Assembly: GCA_035624375.1 (NCBI GenBank) | Contig: DASPRR010000337.1 | Span: 1-48,574, forward strand | Length of the DNA stretch: 48,574 nt | Source of the DNA: Thermodesulfobacteriota bacterium | GTDB lineage: Bacteria > Desulfobacterota > SM23-61 | Direction of reading: 5' to 3' | Shown: positions 28,456 to 35,618 of the stretch, in pieces | How positions within the stretch are numbered: position 1 is the first letter of the stretch | Layout of the letters: every line of letters begins with the position of its first letter | The notes under the pieces: generated by a model | Seen by the model: the letters and a program-made list of their open reading frames with translations, nothing else | Database searches by the model: none | Told to the model about the DNA's origin: nothing | Made by a program: the position numbers and the translations under genes

Positions 28456-28528
28456 TGAACGCAGATGAACGCAGATTTTCAGGATTTTAGCGCCTAAAAT
28501 AGAACGAAAAATTTTTTCTGCGTTCATC
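28456..28528. repeat. Tandem 10-mer TGAACGCAGA x2 with an inverted copy, forming a 12-bp perfect stem around a nested hairpin
   Basis: Tandem copies at 28456-28475. GATGAACGCAGA (28464-28475) pairs with TCTGCGTTCATC (28517-28528). Inner hairpin ATTTTAG-CGC-CTAAAAT at 28484-28500. Confidence 0.85.
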
Positions 28529-28552
28529 AATGTAAGTTTATAGCCCATATTT

Positions 28553-30061
28553 ATGGAAAATAAGAAACTCTGGGGAAAGAGGTTTGAGAAAAAACCTTCG
28601 GCGCTGGCTGAAGCCTTCACTTCAGGCAGGGACGTGCGAGGAATTTCTCCGGCCGATCAGCGGCTGATCCCTTATGATCTCTGGGGCAGCCGAGCTCATG
28701 TGGTCATGCTGGTCAGGCAGAGGATTATCCCCCGGCGGGACGCGAGGCTGCTGGTAACCGGTTTACGAGAAATAGAAAAATATTGGCAAAGGGGAAGCTT
28801 TAATCTGGATCCTTCACTGGAAGACGTGCACACCAATGTGGAGGGATGGTTGATTGAGAAGTTTGGAATCGAGGTAGGGGGGAAACTGCACACCGCCCGG
28901 AGCCGGAACGATCAGGTCGCCCTGGACATGCGCCTCTACCTAAGGGACTGCAATCTGGGCTTTGTATCCGGCCTTTCCTCCCTGATTCAAACACTCCTTC
29001 GCCGGGCGAAGGAGCATCGCGGGGTCATCACCCCTGGATATACCCACCACCAATCGGCTCAGGTAACCACCCTGGGGCATATATGGCTTTCTTTTGCTGG
29101 AGCCTTCTCCAGGGATGTCCAGCGTTTTCAGGACTGGTACAACCGGTTTAATGAGAACCCTCTGGGTTCCATGACCGGATACGGTACCACCTTTCCCATT
29201 GATCGCTTTCTTACCTCGAAGCTTCTCGGGTTTGACGGTTTGTGCGAGAATTCCCTGGATCCGATCCAGAATCGCTGGGAAGCGGAGGCTGAACTCGGTT
29301 TTGCAGTCTCTGCCATGATGAACCACCTGAGCTCTCTCGCCCAGACTCTGATTCTCTTCAGTACCGCCGAGTTCGGTTTCGTCAAGCTGGATGATGCCTA
29401 CAGTACGGGAAGCTCCATGATGCCCCAAAAGCGTAATCCCGATACGTTGGAGGTGATGAAAGCCAAGGCTTCCGCAGCTCAGGGTTTCCTGGCGTCTCTC
29501 CTTTCCATTGGCAAAGCGCTCTTCTTGGGATACAACCGAGACACTCAATGGACGAAGTACTTAATCTTGGACCTTGTGGATGAATGCCTTTCCGCCGCCC
29601 CGCTCATGGGGGAAATAATCTCTTCGCTCAAAATAAGCCGGAAAGAAATGGAGGCCCGAAGCCAAGCAGGCTTTATTGCCGCCCCTGAGCTGGTGGAGCA
29701 GATGGTCCAAGAGTGGAAAATACCCTTCCGGCAGGCCAAAGGGGCGGTCGAAAAGGCGATCCGCTATGCCGAGAAGGAAGGATTCAAAGTGCTCCCTCTT
29801 CCTTTGCTGCAGAAGGCGTCGCAGGAGGAAGGATTAAAGATCAAAATGACTAAGTCTTTTGCCCGAAGATCTCAAAAGGGATATGACTTCATTTCGAAAC
29901 GAGTCGCTGTCGGAGGCCCTTCTCCTCGGTCCCTGGATCGCAATATTTCTACCTTGAAAAGGACCCTTCAGGAATTCCACCGCTGGCTCAAGCAGAAAGT
30001 CACCGAGCAATCCCGTGCTAAAATGAAGCTAGCCCGGATGGAACAGGCCCTTAATTTATAA
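28553..30061 (+). CDS. argH: Argininosuccinate lyase family protein
   Basis: Fumarate-lyase signature GSSMMPQKRNPD, N-terminal KLWGKRF..., 502 aa. The N-terminal region is somewhat divergent from canonical ArgH. Confidence 0.8.
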   Translation: MENKKLWGKRFEKKPSALAEAFTSGRDVRGISPADQRLIPYDLWGSRAHVVMLVRQRIIPRRDARLLVTGLREIEKYWQRGSFNLDPSLEDVHTNVEGWLIEKFGIEVGGKLHTARSRNDQVALDMRLYLRDCNLGFVSGLSSLIQTLLRRAKEHRGVITPGYTHHQSAQVTTLGHIWLSFAGAFSRDVQRFQDWYNRFNENPLGSMTGYGTTFPIDRFLTSKLLGFDGLCENSLDPIQNRWEAEAELGFAVSAMMNHLSSLAQTLILFSTAEFGFVKLDDAYSTGSSMMPQKRNPDTLEVMKAKASAAQGFLASLLSIGKALFLGYNRDTQWTKYLILDLVDECLSAAPLMGEIISSLKISRKEMEARSQAGFIAAPELVEQMVQEWKIPFRQAKGAVEKAIRYAEKEGFKVLPLPLLQKASQEEGLKIKMTKSFARRSQKGYDFISKRVAVGGPSPRSLDRNISTLKRTLQEFHRWLKQKVTEQSRAKMKLARMEQALNL

Positions 30062-30108
30062 ACCTCAATTCTTTGGAAAGCGAAGGGGCTGGCCTTCTCC
30101 TGAATCTC

Positions 30109-30279
30109 CTACCGCGGAATCAGGGGGTGGGTTCCGTTGGAGATGGCCACCGAAATCCGCCAATCCTGGAAGCCTGCGCGGTTCATTTCGTCCAGTAGGA
30201 TCGGGAGAAGAATATTCATCCGGGCCACCCGGGTTTCATCGCTGACGATGATGGATATGGACCCTTTGGTGGGGATGAT
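30109..30279 (-). pseudogene. Remnant of a LarA-like (DUF2088, lactate racemase family) gene; only about 56 codons of the N-terminal domain remain
   Basis: Own translation between two TAG stops: IIPTKGSISIIVSDETRVARMNILLPILLDEMNRAGFQDWRISVAISNGTHPLIPR. It matches the LarA pattern IIxSDxTRP...ILL..L...I.I..ATG.HRP. No start, no RBS and no remainder of the gene. Confidence 0.5.
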
Positions 30280-30290
30280 CTAAGAAGAGG

Positions 30291-30347
30291 GGCCCGGGCG
30301 AATGCCCGGGCCGGATCGATAGGTGGGAGATTCTTGCCCACCTTTTT
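30291..30347. terminator. Two tandem hairpins between convergent transcription units
   Basis: GGCCCGGGC-GAAT-GCCCGGGCC (30291-30312) and GGTGGG-9 nt-CCCACC+TTTTT (30322-30347), immediately beyond the DASS transporter stop. Confidence 0.5.
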
Positions 30348-30348
30348 A

Positions 30349-31773
30349 TTACCAGAGCCCTAGGGCCTTCCACCAGGGGAAGCCGACCCCAAACCAGATC
30401 ACGAGGTTGATGATGGAGACCAGGAGTCCCAATTTCCACCAAGTGCCGAGGTCCACATACCCGGCGTTGTAATAGATGGGAGAAGGGCCTGTTCCGTAAT
30501 GGGTAATTCCGGCTCCCAGGGCCGAAGCCATTCCAAAGAGGAACACCGTCAGTTGGGGAGGAGCCTGAGCGGCCATGGCAATGGCCAGGAAGGGGGGGAA
30601 CATGGCGGTTACCTTGGCGGTGACGCTGGCAAAACCGTAATGGCTGTAAAAGTAAACCAGCACCAGAACGAGCAGAGCGGGAAGCCAGGCCAAACCGGTC
30701 ACGCTGCCGGCGACCGAAGTGGCGACCCATTTCATGAATCCGAGTTGACTCAAGCCCGTGGCCATCATGACCAGGCCGCCAAACCAGATCAAGGCGTCCC
30801 AGGCGCCCTTTTCGCCCAGGACATCTTCCCAGCTTATGACTCCGGTCAGGAGCATGACCCCCACCCCGATGAGGGCCACCACCGTAGCGTCGAGCTTGTT
30901 CAATTCCGAAGTTACCCAAAGGGCCAGGATCATGAAGAAGACCACCAGCAGAATCTTTTCGCTCCGTTTCATGGGACCCATTTTCTGCAGTTCGGCATGG
31001 GCCATCTGAGAAGCCTGGGGCGTTTCCTTGATCTCCGGCGGATAGATTTTATAAAGAATATAAGGTGTAAGGATCAGGCACAAGAGCCCGGGAAGGACCC
31101 CAGCAAGGGCCCACATTCCCCAGGAAATGGTTATATTGGCTGTCTTTTTGGCCAGCTCAATGAGAAGCGGGCTCGCCGCTTGCGAGGTCATGAACATGGC
31201 GGAGGTCACGATGACCGCTTGGTACTCCATCATCATCAGGTAAGAGCCGATCTTCCGGGCAGTAGCTCCCGGCTCGGACCCGAAGGTGCTGGTCAGACCT
31301 CTAACAATGGGATAAATGATTCCCCCTGCCCGGGCGGTATTGGAAGGAGTCGCGGGGGAGAGAACGAGATCGCTGGCCGCGATGGCATAGGCCAGTCCCA
31401 GGGTCTTCCGTCCGAAAGCCCGGATGAAGAGATAAGAAATTCTCCTTCCCAGGCCGGTCTTGATAAAGCCGCGGGTCAGAAGAAATGCGGCTACGATCAG
31501 CCAGACGGTGTTATTGGCGAATCCTGAAAGGATCTGTCCCACTTTGAGGGTTTCCGTCACGCCGGTCAACATGACGCCGATGATCACCACCGCCCCCATA
31601 GGCAGAGGAGTCAAGATCAGCCCCACGATGGTGGCGACAAAAATGGCCAGAAGATGCATGGCCTCCTTCTTGACCCCCGCCGGCGCGGGCCAATACCAGA
31701 TGATGATCCCGATGGCAATGGCTATGAGCCCGCGGATGATCTGTGATGTTCCGCTTCGTTCCTTTCCGTTCAT
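30349..31773 (-). CDS. DASS-family (SLC13-like) anion/dicarboxylate transporter
   Basis: 474 aa, polytopic. The N-terminal region GIIIWYWPAPAGV...AMHLLAIFVATIVGLI is typical of 2-oxoglutarate/malate- or CitT-like DASS permeases. Confidence 0.8.
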   Translation of the reverse strand: MNGKERSGTSQIIRGLIAIAIGIIIWYWPAPAGVKKEAMHLLAIFVATIVGLILTPLPMGAVVIIGVMLTGVTETLKVGQILSGFANNTVWLIVAAFLLTRGFIKTGLGRRISYLFIRAFGRKTLGLAYAIAASDLVLSPATPSNTARAGGIIYPIVRGLTSTFGSEPGATARKIGSYLMMMEYQAVIVTSAMFMTSQAASPLLIELAKKTANITISWGMWALAGVLPGLLCLILTPYILYKIYPPEIKETPQASQMAHAELQKMGPMKRSEKILLVVFFMILALWVTSELNKLDATVVALIGVGVMLLTGVISWEDVLGEKGAWDALIWFGGLVMMATGLSQLGFMKWVATSVAGSVTGLAWLPALLVLVLVYFYSHYGFASVTAKVTAMFPPFLAIAMAAQAPPQLTVFLFGMASALGAGITHYGTGPSPIYYNAGYVDLGTWWKLGLLVSIINLVIWFGVGFPWWKALGLW

Positions 31774-31847
31774 TTGATTCTCCCTTGGATCAATTGATAC
31801 AACTGATCGGTTTACTCAAACTTCTTCAAAGCTGATGTGTCCCCATT

Positions 31848-33365
31848 CTAGGACGCTTTTCCGTATTCCGCTTTGACCTTCTCCCGGTCAACCGTCCCCT
31901 CCTGTGTTTTGGGAAGGGCGGGGACGAAGTCCACGTATTTCGGCTTTTTATAACGGGCAATCTTGGAGGCTACGAAATCGATCAGCCCCTGCTGGGTGAG
32001 AACGCTTCCGGTCTTCAACACACAGACCGCCTTGACCGCTTCTCCCCATTCCTTGTCTCGCACCCCGAAGACCGCGACATCAGCAACCTCCGGGTGTTCC
32101 AAAATTGCTTTTTCCACCTCGGCGGGGTAGACATTCTCCCCGCCGGGCTTAATCAATTCTTTTTCTGCCTTTCGTTTTACATACCAGAGGTATCCGTTTT
32201 CGTCGAGGCGTCCGATATCCCCCGTGTGGTGCCAGCCCTGGCGGAAGGTGTAACGGGTGTCTTCTTCCAGCTTCCAGTACCCTAAAAAAACCAGGGGGCC
32301 GCGTACGCAAATCTCTCCCGGAGTTCCCACCGGGACTTCGCGGTCATGATCATCCACCAATTTGATCTTCGCCAGAGGTCCCTCTTTTCCCGCCGAACCC
32401 GGTCGCTCGGTGTAGGCGCACACCGTGACCATCCCTGTGGTTTCCGATTGGCCAAAGCCGATCCAGAATTCGACATTTGCTTTCTTCTTCAGTCTTTCGA
32501 TATTCGATGGATGATCGATTCCCCCCACATGCTTCAGGGAGGAGATATCATAATTCTTCCCCTGCAACTTCTCCAGGAGCATCCCCAGCATGGGAGGAAA
32601 TTCGCCAAGAGTCGTGATTTTTTCTTTTTCGATGAGTTGCAGGGCAAGTTCGGGATCAAATTTGGTCATCAGGACATTCTTTCCCCCGGCGTGCATGACC
32701 GCGAAGGAAAGGGCCAGATCGGCAATATGAAAGAGAGGCAGCATATGAAGGTAACTATCCACCTCGCGCAAGCCCATAGTCGCCATGTGCTGTAGATTCC
32801 CGGCGATGATGTTCCCGTGGGATAGAGTTGCGCCCCGCGGCTTTCCGGCAACTGCCGCGGTGTGAATAATTAAATAGGGATCGCTCGCTTGAATATCAAC
32901 TTCGGTCGCCTTTCCTTCTCCTTTCATCAGGGTGCTAAAGGCTTCAAATTCTGCCTCTGCCTCTCCAAAGGAATAACATTTTTCAATGAACCCCATATTG
33001 GGCATTAATCCACGGATTGTGGTTTTGAAATCCGGTCCCACAAAAAGAAAACGGGGCCGGCCGTCGGAAAGGATGTATTCCACCTCCGGCGCAGAAAGCC
33101 GCCAGTTAAGGGGGAGCATAATAGCCCCCAGCCTGGCAGCAGCACCGTAGAGGAGGACGAATTCATAGCAATTCTGGGATAAAATTCCAATCCGGTCTCC
33201 TTTTTTTAATCCGGCAATCTCCAGATTATAAGCTAATGAGTTGATATTATTATAAAAATCTATGAAAGTTAGGCGTTTTTGGTCGATGACCCATGCTATT
33301 CGGCGGGCAAAGATGAGCGCATTGCGGGCAATCAAATCGTAGATAGTAAAGTCTTGCAGACTCAT
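31848..33365 (-). CDS. AMP-dependent acyl-CoA synthetase/ligase
   Basis: HTAAVAGKPRGATLSHGN (AMP-binding motif) and WHHTGDIGRLDENGYLWYVKRK. ATG 33365 lies just after GGAGGGGG and avoids overlap with the upstream gene, so it is preferred over the track start at 33464. Confidence 0.88.
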   Translation of the reverse strand: MSLQDFTIYDLIARNALIFARRIAWVIDQKRLTFIDFYNNINSLAYNLEIAGLKKGDRIGILSQNCYEFVLLYGAAARLGAIMLPLNWRLSAPEVEYILSDGRPRFLFVGPDFKTTIRGLMPNMGFIEKCYSFGEAEAEFEAFSTLMKGEGKATEVDIQASDPYLIIHTAAVAGKPRGATLSHGNIIAGNLQHMATMGLREVDSYLHMLPLFHIADLALSFAVMHAGGKNVLMTKFDPELALQLIEKEKITTLGEFPPMLGMLLEKLQGKNYDISSLKHVGGIDHPSNIERLKKKANVEFWIGFGQSETTGMVTVCAYTERPGSAGKEGPLAKIKLVDDHDREVPVGTPGEICVRGPLVFLGYWKLEEDTRYTFRQGWHHTGDIGRLDENGYLWYVKRKAEKELIKPGGENVYPAEVEKAILEHPEVADVAVFGVRDKEWGEAVKAVCVLKTGSVLTQQGLIDFVASKIARYKKPKYVDFVPALPKTQEGTVDREKVKAEYGKAS

Positions 33366-33411
33366 ATTCCCCCTCCATTTAATTTTTTGGCTCCGCTGTT
33401 GATTCAGGACT

Positions 33412-34863
33412 CTATTTGTCAGTATTTCTGATAAATTCCCAGCTTTTAACCAGTCCGTTTTCAAAATAAACGTAGGATTTGGGAAAAGGGGGTTCCCCGT
33501 ATACCCATTGTTCGTGAATCCCGACGAGAGTTCGGGTAGTATTCACATGATCCGGCTTTCCCCAGGACAGAACGACCTGTTCTCGGGTGAATCCCTGGCG
33601 GATAAAACCGCGAAGAACATCTTCTTGAATACGAATGGGCCATAGGGTCTTGGAAAGGTCCTTTAGGAGAGTTCTCATCTCATCTTTATTCTTAGTGCTT
33701 CGTCGGATCCCATTATTTTCCGCCACCCATCCAAGAATTTCTTCCCTAAAGGTAGAGTTGGTCCCATAGGTGACTTCGTAAAAGGTTTGTTTCTGAGGGG
33801 TTAAAGCTATTCTGCTGGTGAAGTGGACATCCTCTGACCTGATCTTTACAGCTTTAGCATTCGCTATATTGGCAAAGTCACCCAGGTAGACCCAGACGGG
33901 CAACTTATTCTTTACCCAAAAGGACCTCTCTTCGGGGGACCAGCCATATTTTTTCCCCTTGTCTGAAATGACCCGTTCTCCCACCCTGACTTGATGCCAA
34001 TAGTTTCCGTCTTCATCCTTTTGGGATTGGATTACTTCAAATAGGTCATATTTTTCGCCCCTGGATAGGACCTTGGATTGTTCTCTTGGCTCTTCGTGAA
34101 TTGCGGCTTCCTTCATAACCAGAAAGACTCCGCTCTCGGTTATTTTTGGTAAAGGAGCAGAAGCGGGGGGTTGAGGGGGGAGAAGAAGGCCCTCTTTTCC
34201 TCCCGATTTATAAAATTTGATCCTTTGATCCTCCTCGGAAACCTTGCGAGCTTCCTCCACCACCTTTCTTTGCCGTTCCTCCTCAGCCCTTCGCCGCTCT
34301 TGTTCCAGGCGACGTTGGCTTTCTGCTTGCAGCCTTTTCTTCTCCTCGATCTCAGCTATGATTTTCCCCTTTTCCGCTAGGGTTTTTTGGATTTCCCTTT
34401 CCAGCTGAATTCTCTCCCGGACCAGGCGAATTTTCAACTCCTCAGTTCGAGACTGCTCTTCCCAGACCTTTCTTTCGATACAAGCCCAGACTCGAACCCG
34501 GTCATCAGGGGAAAGCCTTTTCTCTATGGGAGTGTCCAGAATCGGCTGCATGCTCACCAGAACAGGATTATTGGGCGGTTCCTCGATAAAATTGAATACT
34601 CGATTCTCACAGAGATAGATCAAACGGAAGGAATATCCTTCGTCATGAAAAAGGAAATAATCGCTTTTTCCTTCCCGAGCATAAATTTCTTGAACTATCT
34701 TTGGAGGTTCAGCGGGATCTCTGAGCAGAAGGCTGGTCTTGGGCTTGGATGAGCAGGAAATCGAAACGAAAACACCTAAAAGAATCAGGAAACAGAGAAA
34801 AAACTTTCCTAGCCCCGCCGATCTGAAGATTTCAATACCTTCTTTTTTGGTTTTCCGGCCCAT
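33412..34863 (-). CDS. Orphan lipoprotein with a charged coiled-coil segment and a BamE(SmpA/OmlA)-like C-terminus
   Basis: Lipobox-like FVSISC after a hydrophobic segment. A strongly charged stretch EEKKRLQAESQRRLEQERRRAEEERQRKVVEEARK. The C-terminal GFTREQVVLSWGKPDHV...EQWVYG...YVYFENGLVKSWE resembles a BamE fold motif. Start is probably ATG 34863 (MGRKTKK). Confidence 0.6.
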   Translation of the reverse strand: MGRKTKKEGIEIFRSAGLGKFFLCFLILLGVFVSISCSSKPKTSLLLRDPAEPPKIVQEIYAREGKSDYFLFHDEGYSFRLIYLCENRVFNFIEEPPNNPVLVSMQPILDTPIEKRLSPDDRVRVWACIERKVWEEQSRTEELKIRLVRERIQLEREIQKTLAEKGKIIAEIEEKKRLQAESQRRLEQERRRAEEERQRKVVEEARKVSEEDQRIKFYKSGGKEGLLLPPQPPASAPLPKITESGVFLVMKEAAIHEEPREQSKVLSRGEKYDLFEVIQSQKDEDGNYWHQVRVGERVISDKGKKYGWSPEERSFWVKNKLPVWVYLGDFANIANAKAVKIRSEDVHFTSRIALTPQKQTFYEVTYGTNSTFREEILGWVAENNGIRRSTKNKDEMRTLLKDLSKTLWPIRIQEDVLRGFIRQGFTREQVVLSWGKPDHVNTTRTLVGIHEQWVYGEPPFPKSYVYFENGLVKSWEFIRNTDK

Positions 34864-35040
34864 GGCTTGGGGCGGGCGGTAATCCGCTTGCCCAGCTTTT
34901 GGTTGAGAAATCGGAATTCTTTTTTCATAATTGAATGAGAAAAGATTAGGCATTAAAAAGCTAAATTAGCAGACAAAAATACAAAAGTCAAACCCCTTTC
35001 ATTTCTTGCCCCCTCACTTTTCAGCAAGTTGGCTTGAGCT

Positions 35041-35326
35041 CTATTGAATTTCAAACATTGCCCTACCTGGAAGGGGGGCGTTGGGCGGAAAAAGCCATAA
35101 GGCACGGATCATTTCTTGGACCGGGCAAGTAAGCTGTTCTTCTGCCAAGAACAGGGATATTCCGTTGCAGAGGCGCCCGGCCGGGGGCCTGAAAGGCCCG
35201 CCTCATCTTCCGGAAACACGATTGGACCTCCGGTTGTAATTCTTTTTCCGCTTATGGTTTTTCCGCGCAACGCCCTTACTGCCCCCGGGCCAAAAGCTTG
35301 CTTTTTCGCAGAAATGAAAAAGACAA
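35041..35326 (+). repeat. Direct repeat copy A, in two blocks (35041-35062 and 35288-35326) split by a 225-bp insert
   Basis: The blocks match 37036-37057 (21/22) and 37059-37097 (35/39) by manual alignment. Confidence 0.8.
35063..35287. mobile_element. 225-bp non-coding insert with about 26-bp imperfect inverted repeats (MITE-like, or a structured RNA)
   Basis: GGGCGTTGGGCGGAAAAAGCCATAAG (about 35076-35101) versus the reverse complement of CTTATGGTTTTTCCGCGCAACGCCC (35251-35275): 24 matching positions, 1 mismatch, 1 gap. The insert is absent from repeat copy B. No clear target-site duplication. Confidence 0.4.
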
Positions 35327-35565
35327 AAGTGAAGGGGCAAGCCCTTTTAATTCTTTTAGCGATTATTGATCATTCACCGGACGATCGTTCATTGGATTCC
35401 TTTCCCGGGGAAAGGATAAGGTGGTTCGCCAAAACCCATGATTAAATATTTTTTTCCTAGAGTTAGAATTATCTCACGAGGCGAGTTGGATCTGAACATG
35501 GTAGAATTTATCGAACATGAATATTTTTTTGAATCTTTTTGATGAAGATATTTATTTTAGTTCTA

Positions 35566-35591
35566 CTTTATGAAAATATATTTTCATAAAG
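35566..35591. promoter_or_regulatory. Perfect 26-bp palindrome CTTTATGAAAATATATTTTCATAAAG, 27 nt upstream of the ATPase start
   Basis: Read directly. Each 13-nt half is the exact reverse complement of the other. Confidence 0.45.
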
Positions 35592-35618
35592 TACTACTAT
35601 TTGTGATATCATATAAAA

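Noticed and set aside
35063-35287. 6S RNA assignment for the roughly 200-nt element with paired ends.
   Set aside because: The closing stem with an internal structured region is superficially 6S-like. However, I cannot identify a central bubble or conserved 6S features by eye, and its absence from the second repeat copy fits an insertion better. It is left as an unclassified element.
35116-35445. 109-aa ORF in the spacer upstream of the ATPase gene.
   Set aside because: It has no RBS and runs through the inverted repeats and hairpins of the 225-bp insert. Its 3' part (MKKTKVKGQ...) starts inside the direct repeat, and the other repeat copy encodes only MQNTRG-stop.
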